Source: Tubiluchus corallicola
Lineage: Eukaryota; Animalia; Priapulida
NCBI GenBank assembly: GCA_030141605.1
Contig: JAQGDQ010000033.1
Span: 434,001-498,000, forward strand
Direction of reading: 5' to 3'
Length of the DNA stretch: 64,000 nt
Part shown: one piece after another, positions 22,866 through 37,590 of the stretch
Position numbering within the stretch: position 1 is the stretch's first letter
Layout: each line of letters opens with the position of its first letter
Made by a program: the position numbers and the translations under genes
The notes under the pieces: generated by a model
The model's database searches: none
Seen by the model: only the letters and a program-made list of their open reading frames with translations
Told to the model about the DNA's origin: nothing

Positions 22866-25800
22866 TATTTCATTTACGTTCAGTTATTTCTGTTGGTTTC
22901 AATTTCACCTCAACCAACTAAATTTACAAGGGCTGGTGATTCTGAATAATGGCCTGCAGTACGCTTAATTTATTACTGGAAAATATGAAAAATGGAATAC
23001 ACCAAACTTTTCCTTTATCATTCACTATACTTTTCCAGCTTACTATAACAGTTACCTCAAAACAAGCATGTGAAACACAGATGCACTTTCAAGGCTTCTT
23101 CAACAACAAAAAATATAGTTATGATATTATGAACTTTATCTACGCGTGAACATAATTGATGGAAATAGTATTAAAATTGTCTAAAGAAAATTGTAATTGC
23201 GGTCCTTATTGATTTTCTGATTAACATTGTTTCATATTTGTAGTGTGAATCACTGTAATTGGGAATTTTCCACTTTAAATGGTCTTGCGTGTATTCAATA
23301 GCATCAGGTTAGAAAATTCATTCATGGTGCTAATTGTTCAAGTCTATGCTGAAGTATTAAAGGTCTGGATCACGTGACACTTTAAATGGCGTTACAATAC
23401 AGCAGCTGCTTAATCCACCGACCGTTATGTTAATTACTAAATGGCAGCTTCATTAAAGAACAGTGTATTTTTACGCCAGCTGTCACACGACGACTGATAA
23501 CACAGTACTCTTTCCTTTACTGTGACGACCACAAGTATAACAAAAATGTCAGCAGCTTTAGATTTAATGTTAGGACATAGTACGTGCAAGTAGGCCTATG
23601 AAATCCGTAGTGACAACAAAGTGTCTGGCAAGGTGATATTTAGGCAATAAATAATGGATAATTTGGTATGACACACACTAGTGTATCCTGCTCCGAAAAC
23701 TTTTATTAATTCAGCATGTATATATTTAACATGTACTTTTCAAGATAGCATGCGATACAAAGACTATTTGTCGACAATGTCTAAAAATATACGACCTATT
23801 TTAAAACTAAACATCGAAGAACTACTAAGAAAGAATGACTAGATTTTGCTGGTCATGTGCAGTACTAGAATTTTTATAATATCTAGATATAATAAACTAT
23901 TAATAATTTTATTCATAAAAGGAAAAATGTCTATGTGACAAATAATTTGCACACTTCTATAATTTTCTAAACTACACTTCCATATTCATAAGACATAAAT
24001 TTGAAGTAAAGATTTGTATATTGAAAAAATTGGTTTAAATTGCCTGTTTCAGGACTCATTCAGTCAAGTTGTCCCACTCTCAGTTAATTCAGCATTAATA
24101 ATATGTACGTTAACATTTTCACATCACACTGGCTTCACGTTTGCATTGTACGCGTTTTGAAACTAACGTTTTATTAGGACTGAGTGCAGTAATTTCCTGC
24201 ACATGTTTTTCCGAGAATGTTGTAAGCAAATAATTTTATTCGAAATTATAAAACGGTTGACACTTATAATTAGTTTCTGTACACAAAGATGTCGCAGGGT
24301 ACATACTTTTAGCGGCCTGACTAAAAATTCAGCACTCGAATCAGTAATGGTAATTATTATTTCTGAGTGTACATTAAAAATAAATTAATTAGTAAAGCAT
24401 TAAGCTAATTAATGAAGCCACGTATCTTTACAGGAGCCTATAAAAACTATATTGCATTTGTATTTGAAACAGGCGATAAGTGTCCTTAATCGGCTTCGGC
24501 TGATAGACTTAATTATATTATTGTAAGTGTTCTATTTATTTAAAAACTAATTTTTGCTAAATAAATATTAAAAATATTTACAGGAACATGTAGGGATTCA
24601 GCCCACCAAGTCAAGAAAGTGTATGAGTCAAAGCAATGCTCCCGACTCCAAAATTTAAAAATTATCATTGTAGTTCTAATATGTTTTAATTCTATACTAG
24701 TCATTCTATGTTTGAACACAATGAATAGATAGATTTTTTTCAAAGAGAACATGATCTTTAGACATTTTATAATATATATATATGCGTATCAATATATAGT
24801 TATATATATATATATATATATAATGCCTATTAACGACTAGTAATATACATACACCTGTAGTAATTTTATTGTTCTCACACTGGGTTGATAAATTTTCTTA
24901 CTTTTAATCGATGAAATTGTCACTGTGCGCCGCGGCGTTGGTCAATTTGGACGACGTTTTTGTTGAGATGGGCAATTGAATGTTCTCTTAATGTAGTACT
25001 ATAATGCAAAGCAGACGTATGCATTTTCCAGAGTTCCCACAGTAGTTAAACAAAAGACGCACGAAAGCTTGCATAGATCACGTTTGCTTTGCAATATTTT
25101 CGCTTGTATTTTCTCACCTGCGCCACGATTGAAGTTGCAGAACGTTTCCCAATTGCAACAACTTCAAATATACCTTTCTTCTCAAAATGTGCTTGGATAT
25201 TGCTAACGGCTATTCTGAGTATCAGATTTCTTTTTGTAAGAAGCCCTCCTGTTTATATGAGCCGTCCTTTACCGGCATGCCGTCATGAGGCTTCCAGGTC
25301 GTCATATTTCCCATTATTGGCCTGCCTCCTCTAGCGTGTATAACAGTGCCTCCCAGGCAAGAGCTAAGTAATTATGATGCTGTTTACCGTGGCATCATCT
25401 TACATTATTGTTGTCTTCGTTCCTTCTTTTCCTTAAAATGCCGTTACTACTTAATTTCCTGTACGTAGAATTCTCTGTAACTCGACGCATCTTTCTTCGT
25501 AAACGCGCTCTTGTAAAACGCATTGCCCTTTGGCGGCGCATTACCCATTACATCACGTTTAAAATTGAAAAGTAATATTAATGTCAGCCATCAAACAGAT
25601 GTTTACTACCTTGTCACCTTGTGCATGCGTGCCTCTAATGCTTCCCAAACTGCCTGAGATTCCTCGTACAAATGCAATTTGTAGAGCTATTCAATATCTA
25701 ATTACCCACACGACGTCGTAAAGTTTTTTAATTTAAGTACAAAATGCCGTTATATCATTGCAGTTGTTGGTAAATTATTCAGCGACTCGAACAACAATCA

Positions 25801-27599
25801 CGACTGTTTAATATTTGATAAGCATGACGGCTCACGCGACGAGCGTGGAATGCAGCAGGTAGAGCTTATTGAATATTATGCCCCTCTTAACTTCCCCGCG
25901 CGTATACATCATAATTGCGTTTTAATGCGGTATATGTGGCTATAAGTGTACTACGGTTTGATTAACTTGTAGATTACCGTGATCGCTGGCGAATGACGTC
26001 TATAAAATCTTTATAAAAGCCTACAATCTTGCCGAGTTTAAAGTGTATTTTAGTGCCCAAGACAACATATCATGCTGTCACAAATGGTTAATGTCAAGTT
26101 TATTGCGGGGAGAACTTCTTGTAAATTTATTTAAAATTGGTAACAAAATGCATGTAGTTGCGTCAATAATTACCTTTATTCATCCTGAAAAGAGTAATCT
26201 GGAAGCTAGGTGCGTCTGTCTATTTATCTGTTCATCTGTGTGTCTCTTTGTCAGTCAGTCTGTTCAAATATTCCCGCTACTATAAGTCTGTAACGTTACT
26301 AGCTCTGCTAAACCTACAAGCCATACTTATAAACATGTGTATACTGCGTACCAGGAAATGGAAAACGTGATCGTGACCTACCACTAAATTTCTGGTTGTT
26401 GGTTTAGTCTCATAGTTTCAAATTAAGGACAGCCAGTCTGGTGCAAGTAGGCCTTTGTATACAGAAATTTATGACAGGGGACCGCTTAAAAATTTACAGC
26501 GTAAGCCGGCTTTGGAAAACTTCAGAAAAAATTAGTGGGTCTAACTTTCGGATGGCTTATTTCAAAACGGTGTCTACTTTTTATTCATTTACTGAATTTT
26601 TTCTACAAGTCAAAAAATTTAATTTATATGTGTTTTCCAATGAAGTACAAGTAGCGGACATGTAAATAACTGATTGACCCGCGCGTGCGCATCGCCCACA
26701 AAGAGGTCACTAAATAGTTTACTAACTGCGTTCAACTGTAACTCGCTTTTTCTCTATGAAACGGCATTATAAATCTAGTACCAAATTAATAATTAATTTA
26801 AATTATCAATAAATGGTACTAAGTTTGCCAGCAATGAAACGTTGCAATTTTGAATCTGTTGAATTTTCTACTTACGTCAATATATTGTTGCACACAAGAA
26901 AAGCTTTTTACAGAATTACATAATTTGTAGTGGAATAAAACACAAACTAAACAGTGACAATACCGTCATCGGAAGATTCACGGTCACGTGACATTGCGCT
27001 AGGGCTATGAAAGGTGCGGTCCGGAAATAAAATAGATTACTCTATAGCCGAGCGCAAAAAGAGGAGAAATGTTAACAACACGGATTGTTTCATGTTGTTT
27101 AATAGTCTTCACTACAGCGCTTTGTTCTTCGCAAGAAAATGCCACGTGGATTACGCTGGCACTTTGCTCTATCTCCCGTTTCCCTTAATTAATTTCCTAC
27201 GAAAACATAAGCAGTTCACACGAGTATAAAGCATTAGAGCATGCAACAACAGTTTGAAACTGAAAAGGAAAGGATCAATTTTGTTATTAACTAGAGTAAA
27301 ATTCTAAATTTAAACCATAAAAATATGGAAACCATCATCGTGTTAAGTTCACTTTGCCAGAGCCAGTTATTTTCTTACTTCTTTACATAGTGCAGACGTT
27401 ATAAACCTAAAGTAATTCCAAGCCATTCTACTATCAAGGAAGAACTAAATGTTTAAGAATGTATGTTAAACCTGTACATAATGTAGGATAGGACAGCTAC
27501 GTGCAAGCATTAAGTGCAATTGAATATGGAGGTTGCTTTTTAACGTTTGAGTTTTAACTCTAAAAGTGAACAATATGAAATAAAAGGCGACAAAGAATT

Positions 27600-27790
27600 A
27601 AAACGTAAAATTTCAAGCAACTGCAACAGAATAGCAGCGATACTAAGACGTTGACGACGACAATGATAACAACAAAGACAAAAACAACTATAGCAACCGC
27701 ATTGGCAAAAATAACAGTGACAAAGAGAACGATGAAATGACAACACAATAACGACGACGATGACAACAACAACAACAACGAAAATATAAA
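27600..27790. repeat. Degenerate CAA/GAC trinucleotide low-complexity tract
   Basis: 3-bp periodicity visible. Confidence 0.75.
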
Positions 27791-28717
27791 TGACACACCT
27801 ACTAGCACTGTGTCACCTTAGAAGTTTATCCTCAATAAAACGGGTCCCGTCACAAATATCTTAATTAAATAGTCATCATCGTTGAGTAGGAGTATCCTCG
27901 TGTTGCAAAACAGCAACTGGGGAAAAAAACAAAATGTTAAATAAAAATTCAACAATAACGGCTTTCCAGTGATTAAAAATGTATTCAGTTGCCTAGTACC
28001 AGACACAACATGATGCCACACGGTCTAGTGATAAAGAGAGAAACAACTTGATACCATTTCTTACATATGACGAGTGACAGAGACCGTCATAAAAGTAATT
28101 GCACACACTTATTTTTTCAACTGTGCCCACAGGCAGGTATGCGATAAACACGGGTTTTAAGGAGACTAGAGAACAATTGAAATCACTGAAAGTGAGCTTC
28201 ATGAAGAGACAAAGACGCTGGATGTGATGAATAAAAGGGAGCTATTTATACACATTGACATTTCTTTGGTAGTTTTTATTTATTTCTGTAGTAGTTTTTG
28301 TTGCTGTTTATTACACGAAAACGTATTATATGATTGGAATAGACTTATACATAATACACATAAAGCAGTCTACGCAAATCAAAGATGGTATAATACGTGT
28401 GTGTGCTTGCGTGCATGGGCTTGACGGTGAATGTCTAGCGAACTGAAATTTTACTAATACTATTGTTGATATTGTAGCAAGATGAGCAAGATCACTTTGG
28501 CGTCCCTTCAAATTTTCAGCAAACGAATATGGAAACAGAAAACGAAGCAGTAATATTCACGCGAGTCAGAAAAGTAGAGAATTCAAAGAAGAAGACGGAC
28601 AAAAGGTCACAAGCCACAAGAAGAAGTAGTCAGTGTAGTAGAATGACTGAATAGATTAGAAAGGAAAGTTAAAACATGAAAAGTAGTTGAACAAAACAGA
28701 ACAGAGCAGAAGAGAAA

Positions 28718-28976
<259 letters not shown>

Positions 28977-29230
28977 ATAAACCTTTATTAAGTGGACTTT
29001 GAAGACAACAGACAACACAAACCTGCCATGAGGCTTAAATCGCCGACAGTAAATAATAAACTATAACAACCCAACTCAGAGATTATTGTTACCCTGTTTT
29101 TACCCTAAATCTTACATTCTAGACACGACACCAACGTGTATCATTTTTAAAGTTTTTGATTAACCGCGAACTCACGACCTCTCACACGACAAGCAGACGC
29201 GCGACGAGCTATTACACTATACCGTCTGGC
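28977..29230 (-). mobile_element. Degenerate tRNA-derived SINE whose 3' tail is the adjacent microsatellite
   Basis: atcatttttaaagtttttgattaaccgcgaactcacgacctc at 29140-29180 resembles the better copy at 34175-34230 (reverse B-box region); a minus-strand AATAAA lies next to the repeat. Confidence 0.55.
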
Positions 29231-30439
29231 ACAAGGAAAAAGAAACGAGAAGGTTAGGGAAAGTAAGCTCGAAATTAAAAAAAGGAACAAAGTGATGTGC
29301 GAGTATTCAAATTAACAGAAAGCGATTTTTACTTTTGTGTATTGCAGTTTTAAAACACCTTAATTAGAAAACAGCGTTCATCGTAAATTTTCGAGATGAC
29401 GCTTGGGTGCTAGGGAAAATCCTCGATTTACTCATTCACATATTCACACTTTCCGTCGCAATTCAATTCCAGAAATATTTATTCATTTGAATAGAAATTT
29501 AGTAGGATGAAAAGTTAGGCTACCCTTGGTTCAAAGCAAAAATAAATTGTAGCATATCTTTGTTAATTTGGTTAATTAATTAGAACTGTTTAATTAATTA
29601 ATTTTACCTTGCAAACCTTGACTCTCGGGTATAAAATTTTTCATTAATGGCATACTGTTACATTTACATTTACTTTGACAGCTCTTTTACATTTTTTCAT
29701 CCCAAGGTCGTATAGGAGGACATAAGGAACAGAATGAAGCCAATTTGAGGCGAGAATGTTAATTTTGTCAGTACTGCTGTTAAAGTGGTAACCAGAAGTA
29801 ATGAAAAACTCCATAAATAACAAGTCAATAAATACCTTATCGTTTATGATATTTAATTAAACGTATCGTAAACCTGTTACTTTTGTATGGTGGTAGACAT
29901 GGGCGCTTTCAAGCAGATTTCAACGAGCAGCTAGAGCCAAAACGTTATAATTAATTTTTAACACATTCCATAAACTAAAGTTTACACGTACGTGTCTTTT
30001 TACACCATTCTGTTGTAATTTCCAATATCATTTTATAAGGAGGGAACAACGGTTTTGTAACAAAATTTATTTACTGCTCGTATAACAAGTTCATTACAAC
30101 ACAACATTTTGCTGAAAATGCTCCTGAAGCAATTTCGTATGATTGCCTAATTCAATGGTATGTAACAAAAGTCAGAAACGTAATGTAAGCCAGCAAAATT
30201 GTTGCATAGAAATCAAACGTTTTCTATTTTGCGCGCATTTCGTACAATCAAGGGTCTTTAGTCTGCATCTTGATGGAATTCACAATGGCTTTCACAAGTG
30301 AGTGGTTTAACCCTTTAGTGAGAAAAAAACAGAAAATAATGTAAAAAGAAGAAAGAAGATCGACAGGGGGAAGGAGGGGGGAAAAGAAAAAAAGGGAATA
30401 AAGAAAAGGATGAATAGCAACAAAGAAAGAAGGAAAGAA

Positions 30440-30725
30440 AGAAGGAATGAATGAATGAATGAATGAATAAATGATTGAATGAATGAATGAATGAATGAAT
30501 CAGTCAATCAATCATTCATTCAACCAGTTTAGTGAATGAATGAATGAATGAATGAATGAATGAATAAATGAATGAATGAATGAATGAATGAATGAATGAA
30601 TGAATGAATGAATGAATGAATGAATGAATGAATGAATGAATGAATGAATGAATGAACGAATGAACGAATGAACGAATGAACGAACGAACGAACGAACGAA
30701 CGAACGAACGAACGAATGAATGAAA
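30440..30725. repeat. (GAAT)n/(GAAC)n microsatellite
   Basis: Visible directly. Confidence 0.97.
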
Positions 30726-32369
30726 GCAGATGGCAGAAAGGAAAGAGCAAAGGAATAAACGAACAAGCAAGCAGGATAAACGGAGACGACTGTGACAGTA
30801 ATAAATCTGACAAAAGTTGAACTTGCGAAACTACGATCTGATTATGGCGTACTATGATGAAACTCATTATTTCACCCGGCACAAAATTATTCTGTAAATA
30901 TGCTAATTCACGGCTAAAATCTTTTCCTGTCTGCACGCGCTCATTACGTGGCTTCTTTTAGAACGCGCCATTTTAATCCACAAAACGGAAGAGTAAATGA
31001 ATGTAATATTTTTCAATTAGGCTTGGCTTCTTCATCACGTGTTGATGATGATCACTATCGCCATTTCATCACTTGCATGCTGATAACAAGCAGATTACGG
31101 ATCGGCTTCTTTTGTTTGTCAGTTTCACCCGGATCAGCCGGCAGTCAGTATGGGCACAGAGGCCGAAGCAATTTCATTAAGAACTCGCCAGGTTGCTGAC
31201 TGCAATCACCTTTGCTTGATTGAGTCTCATCAGCCTACCTTAGAGGAGACGTATCAAAAGACATACTCTCATTGAACAATGGCAGAATCCAGGTGAAATT
31301 AATTGCAACGTGCCTCTATGCAAGACTCAGGTGTATACTGATGCTGTTTCGCAGGTTCCTGCCATGCAAACAAATTCAATTAGTTTAATTTAATGCACCT
31401 CTATGAGACGTTCAAATAACAAAATAATAATTTAAAGCGACTTCTGTAGACTAACAAATACGGTGCTTGTTGGAGACATAGTAAAAAATAAATTTGTTAA
31501 CTCGAAATTTCGAATTAAAATCTCAAAATTTCGACCTACTAACTCGACATTTCAACTTAATAAAGGCGTCGTGCAATGATCAGATTTCTAAAAGTATGAT
31601 CAGTATGATAGGTTATGGACCTACACAATGTAGGCCTGCTTATTAGTATTTAAATTTTATTCTTGGTCTGTTTTAAACTTTTAATGAAGCCTTGATTCGT
31701 GATCAATCGCCAAGAAAACGCTATTCACTTGTATTTCCGTCTTGATTTTACATATGTAGAAATGACCACAGGACTGGTATTTGAGCACAATATTGTCTTG
31801 ACTTTTGAATTCTTCACAAATTGGGACTTTTTGAGCATTAAAAGTTTATAGGTATCCGAGCTGCTAGGTTAAACTGAAAATTAAATTAATGGCCGTTAAC
31901 AGCGTCATGAATATCGCTAGATGCACAGGAAATGTATGTAGCTACATTTGACTGCGAAAAGAGAAATTCTGCGTCAAATTTTAACAGCTGTGTCAAGAAA
32001 CCACCAATCAAGACGCATTTTGTGCGATTTTCACACTGAAGTGCAGTAACATTTGTTTAAAATCCCGAGAAATATTTCAAAATCTGGAGAAACGGCGGTT
32101 ACTATTAAAATCGGGAGTTTCCTAACCAAATCGGGAGAATTGAAGTGTGTTACACCTAAATTAGGCTAAATATAGTCGCCACGAAATTTAGCCAGAAAGG
32201 TTAATTATTACCTTAATTAAACAATTATTGTGCGGGTATTAACCAAGAAAGTTGTGGCTAAAAGCTTACTAGCAATTTGATTTGATTTACGGGTGTGGGT
32301 ACACTATTGTTCAGGTTACCTAAAGAACACCATACAAAACTACCGAATGTACCCGAAATTCTACCCGAA

Positions 32370-32765
32370 ACTAGAATACCGAGAGAAGACAGATTATGTA
32401 CATGTGGGGAAGAAGTTCAAACAGAAGCACACGTCTTATTGAGATGTCCGGTGACAGAAGATTTACGAATTGAACATTCTGAGTTGAACTTTTCTAGCAT
32501 TTGTAACCTTATGCACTGCCCAAATTTAACGTCGTTAATGAAATATTGTTGGAGATGTGTTAAGACGTATGAGTGAAGAACTATTGTGCCCCTACATTAA
32601 AACGCGATATTTTTGTTGATTCGGTAAAGAAATTTGCCCTCTGTATATGATTTTTTGTTTTGTAGTTAAATTTTAATTTCGTTAATTATATAGTTATCTT
32701 TGCCTACTTATGTTATGTGAAATCATTACGGTGAATAAACTAATTCTAATTCTAATTGTAATTCT
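32370..32765 (+). mobile_element. 3' fragment of a non-LTR retrotransposon (LINE ORF2 C-terminal zinc knuckle, 3' UTR, tail)
   Basis: RIPREDRLCTCGEEVQTEAHVLLRCP is the CxC...H...C end of LINE ORF2; stop at 32576, then AATAAA and an (AATTCT)n-like tail at ~32740-32765. Confidence 0.8.
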
Positions 32766-33745
32766 AGGTAAAACTGACACTGGTAAAAATGGCATAAGAA
32801 CAAATAGCACAAAATGGCATGGAAAGGCATGAAAAATGGTACATATGTTATTTTGAAACAAATAATTTCTATAGGATGCGCTCAGTGGGAAGCAGATTGC
32901 CGCCAAGGTCAAAACTTGCTCAATATGTTCATGTGGTTCTTTTTTGATAGAAATAAAACATAAAACACAACCAAACATACGAAAATATATCTGTATAAGT
33001 GTATAGGCTAGCAAAAGACTCACATGCATTTTATTTATTAAATGGGCGATGGCAACAGACTGACAAATATATCTATTTACATACCAAGGCATCTTATAAC
33101 GCTACATGTATAAGCAAAGATTATGGACAACGTTACAACTTACACAGTTTTACGAGCGCTTCTCGAAATGGAACCTGGAACTAACTCGTAGTTGTTTGTC
33201 CTGAACAAGATAATAAAAAAGAATTGACCTATCTTCTAACCAAGTCCTTCTCTTCGAAAGAACTATAGCACTTTCTCTGAGACCTCCATGAAGTGCTTCA
33301 CAAATGTTTTTTATACGTGGTGTTCGGCCAAATATTGTGAAAACAAAGAACGGAAGAAAACCGCCCCGCCTATTTTGACACTTTTCACTCTTCTCCTGTC
33401 TAGGAATCTGAGTCAAAAGGCATCTTTCTTGTCTCCTATCCACCTTCTCCACAAAGTTTCGTGGAAACCTATTAAGTAGTTTTTGAGCAATAGCCTAGTT
33501 GCTTTATAGCTAACGAAAAACAAACAAACAAAAAAACAAGGTTGAAGCATGCCTTTCTTGGTGACAAAAATAATTAAAATAATTATCCCCTGCAGTAACT
33601 TTAATTAACCGCAAACTTATATTTTATAAGTGTGCCATTTTTCTTATATTTCCGTTTGTACCCTTTTCCCAGTGCCATTTTTTCTTCTGCTATTTTTACC
33701 GTATAATTTTTACCTGTGCCGTTTTTACCTGCGCCATTTTTACTG
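32766..33745 (-). mobile_element. ~1-kb composite non-autonomous element, copy A (inverted relative to 47520-48490)
   Basis: Terminal ~15-bp subrepeats ggtaaaaatggca / tgccatttttacc; internal aaatggaacctggaactaactcgtagttgtttgtcctg is the reverse complement of sequence at ~47962-48000. Confidence 0.8.
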
Positions 33746-33904
33746 TGCAGCAGAAGTAAATGGATTACCTTTTTACTTGATATATTCCAAAATTATTCTT
33801 GATCATCCGTGATGTGCAGTCTGGTGTAATTTGCCTAAATTCATCGAGAAAAATTCCGATACAGTTCCAATCTGCTCGTGTTGTACTGCATTGCTAAATG
33901 ATGT

Positions 33905-34028
<124 letters not shown>

Positions 34029-34262
34029 TTATACCTATAATAATAATTTCGTTTAGGACATAGTCTAGGGATAACACTTTAAGTAACTAAATACCTATTT
34101 CCAAGGTGGTCCCAATTATTATTACACGCATGTTATTCTGATAAACCCGCGTGCTTGGTCGGAGAACCAGCGGTACAATTTTTAAAGTCATTGGTATGAC
34201 TCGGCCGGGAGTTGAACCTGCGACCTCCCGGGTGGGAAGCAAGCACGCAACTCGGTGACGTC
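34029..34262 (-). mobile_element. tRNA-derived SINE
   Basis: Minus strand reads gggaggtcgcaGGTTCAACTCCcggccgagtcataccaatgactttaaaaattg, a Pol III B box followed by a SINE body that ends in the (TTA/TTG)n tail. Confidence 0.75.
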
Positions 34263-35679
34263 CAGCTCATTTTTGCCTGTATAAAGCTTTTCGTTAACTT
34301 GTAACAATGATAAAATTATCAGCAATGTCTAAACAACTATTTGACACCCAATACAATATTTTGCCTTCAGTGCTGCTTTAAACACTCTGCAACATTAGAC
34401 ACAGGCTACGCCGAGTTATTAAGTTCTAATTTCGAGTTAATAAGTCGAAATTTCGAGATAATATGTCGAAACTTTGAGTCGAAATCTCGAGTTAACAATT
34501 TTTGTTTTTATTATGTTCCTGACAAGCGACAATTTTGAATGAATTTTTGAAATCTTACAACATTTGGTTTTATGTTATAAATTTGAGAAACTATCGAATT
34601 TTCTATTGGCCCGTATGCTGTGATGTTGACACAGCCTTAAAAATTACTTAATAGTTATGATAACTTATATTATTATTTTGTGAATGTTTTTTTCATTAAA
34701 CTACCTAATTCACTAAATTACAAGACAATTATCACACAAACAGAGAAGCAACCCCCTCCCCCCTCTTCTGTGTATTTATCAGATGCATAAATTTTGGTAA
34801 ATAAGACCAATATGCATATGGATATTTTGTGGGGTTCAGTAAATATCTTACATCTATATGTGATGCTTTGTCTTTTCATAAGTTTCTGCTAACTTACAAT
34901 ATGGTGTCACTTTGTGTCTGCGTTTTTCAGTTGTTAACTTTACCTTTCTTTTCTTTGCTTTCATTGGTTTGCAGAATTAACCACGCGAATTTCTAAGCAA
35001 TCTTTGCGTGACATCTAATGTAATTGTTATGTGTCCTATATAATGATATTTGAGCTTCATCCATTGCAGCGTTGTTCAGGTTTATTCAATGCTCAGGTTT
35101 CATGCCAAGCCTTAGAAAATTGAAGACGACGCCTGCCGAAACTAGCCACCTTTGTCGCACCAACGACTTTCTACTCTCAACACTGAAACTGCATTTAGGT
35201 AATTTCTTAGCAACAAGCGGGGCGCATTGCCTTTTGTTCTCTCATTCTGTCATCCACCGTGGGAAGCCAAAAAAGAAAAGTACTAGTAATATGTAACAAA
35301 TTTCTTTATACACCTTAATAATAAGACTATTATACAGGTTAATAAAGTAAGCACTCGGGTATGTGTTTTTCAAAATAGTTATCATGTGTGGATCCAGATG
35401 TATTGTGCTTGAAAGAGACCCTATATTGGCTCTGGTGTATGTGTTCGGTGAGTGACTTGTCACTGTTAATGCAAAGAAGCTTGCATCATTCCCTCGGCGC
35501 CGCAATGCAAAGCTGCTCGCTAAAAACTTTCTGATCATACGTTCATCTTCTTGGCCTGACTTGTGTTCCAATCTTAGCAGGTAAAAGTGTCTTGCAGAAC
35601 TACTGATAGACATTTTAAAAAAAGTTGAATGTCTGTACTGAACTCAAAAATTTCTAACTTCTGAAGTTATTCTCGGCTA

Positions 35680-35855
35680 AAGTTTACAATTTCCGACACA
35701 CAAGAAACTGGCTCGCAAAGCGGATTAGGATAAGGGTTAGGGTTAGGGATGGGGTTACGGTTACGGTTAGGGTTAGGGCTAGGTTAGGATTAGATTTAGG
35801 GTTATGGCTAGGAATAAGGTTGGTGTATTTGAGTTGTGAGGGAAATTGTAAACTT
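35680..35855. mobile_element. Small MITE-like element with perfect 15-bp inverted ends enclosing degenerate (TTAGGG)n
   Basis: aagtttacaatttcc (35680-35694) / ggaaattgtaaactt (35841-35855); interior gggttagggttagggatggggttacggttacggttagggttaggg. Confidence 0.75.
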
Positions 35856-36796
35856 CTTCCCTATTCTCTCTCTTTACAAAGTACTGCCATATCTGAACTG
35901 ATGCCTCAGCTCGTTACTTTAATCTACTTGACAGATTGCAAAAAAGTATTGTCAAAATAGTATTATCAATTGTGATTTGGGGTTACCTTGCAATCTCTTT
36001 TTTATTGAAGGTCAGTTGCCACAGTAAGTCTTTTTAGTTGCTCTCAGGACATTTTTGTTAGTTTACACAAGCCGACATATCGCTCAAAGTATCTGTTTCA
36101 CTAATATTTTTCGTAGTCCTATCCTGAGCTTCCCTACATGAAGAATAGTTGTTTATATGTCCATTTTTTCTTAGGTCTCTTACCTGAGGAATTAACTACC
36201 AGTGAATTGTACCGTTGAAAACCATAACAATTTAAGAATAAGAAAATAATAATAATAACAACAATAATAATAATTTATCAAATGATTTTCAATAAATTTC
36301 CATTTTGTAACAAAGTGTGACTTGATGACTCACATCAAAGATCAATTTGCTTGAAAATAAATAACAACATGGGCATTAACAGTCTTGATGATTGTAATCA
36401 TTACAATATAGTGCAGAAAAAGCTATTCAGCTACCTTTAACTTTATCATTTAATTTATCTCTTTCGCAACCGTTTGTGCTTCTTTTCATGTATGACAGCT
36501 TAGGATTCTGCTCCATCTACCAATATTAACGCTGAGAGTGCAAGCTTTAATCATGCCGCATTACCTGTGTGTTGAGACTGTGATTGTGTCAGTGCTTTTT
36601 ATTTTTTTATCAAAGAATCTGACATTACGTAAGTGGTTCTGAATCCTCGATTCTGCAATCCGGGCTTTGTTAGACAAGCCCAGTGATGTTTTTAGTCTTT
36701 CCATGCCACTAATGCTTCGTGCACTAGAGCTTGCCAACCTTCTCTTGTAGTAATATCTTTGCGTTTAAAGGTAAAGACTAAATGTAGCTAATTAAA

Positions 36797-37590
36797 GTGA
36801 GTTGAAGTGAAGTGAAGTGAAATGAAGTGAAGTGAAGTGAAGTAAAGTGAAGTGAAGTGAAGTGAAGTGAAATAAGGAATAAGGGGTAAAATACAGTAAG
36901 GTAGAGCAGAGTCGAGTAGAGTAGAGTAAAACAGTGTAAAGTAGAATAGAGTGCAATGGAGTAGAATACACTAGAGAAGACTAGAGATGAGCGGTAGAAT
37001 AGAACAGAGTAGAGGTAAGTACGGTAAGGAAAGGAAAGGAAAGGAAAGGTAAAGTAAGGTAAGGTAAGGTAAGGTAAGGTAAGGTAAGGTAAGGTAAGGT
37101 AAGGTAAGGTAAGGTAAGGTAAGGTAAGGTAAGGTAAGGTAAGGTGTAAGGTAAGGTAAGGTAAGGTAAGGTAAGGTAAGGTAAGGTAAGGTAAGGTAAG
37201 GTAAGGTAAGGTAAGGTAAGGTAAGGTAAGGTAAGGTAAGGTAAGGTAAGGTAAGGTAAGGTAAGGTAAGGTAAGGTAAGGTAAGGTAAGGTAAGGTAAG
37301 ATAGGGTAAGGCAAGGTAAGATAAGAGGGAGTTAACTAACGTAAGATGAAATGAGGTATTGTAAGGTAAGGTGAGGCAAATAAGGTTAGATAAGGTAAGG
37401 TAAAGTAAGAGATAACGTACGTAGATAGGTGAGGTGAGATCTAGTAAGACGAGGTGAGGTAGAGAGAAGGCAATTCACGGCAACTCAAGGCAAAGTAAAC
37501 CAAAGCAAGGTAAGGCGTGATAAAATAATGTTAATTAAAGAAAGTTGAGGTAAGACATAAGATAAGATAAGGCAAGGAATAGCAAGATAA
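36797..37590. repeat. Pentanucleotide array: (GAAGT)n, (GTAGA)n, (GGAAA)n, near-pure (GTAAG)n core at ~37050-37320, degenerate tail
   Basis: Visible directly; explains the LTLPY ORF. Confidence 0.95.

Noticed and set aside
24950-25450. Possible decayed piggyBac-like transposase C-terminus on the minus strand
   Set aside because: Only vague Cys spacing; no TIR or TTAA ends identified.
34850-36775. Possible decayed coding sequence on the minus strand (including ORF 35242-35613)
   Set aside because: No consistent frame, splice pattern or motif that I can name.
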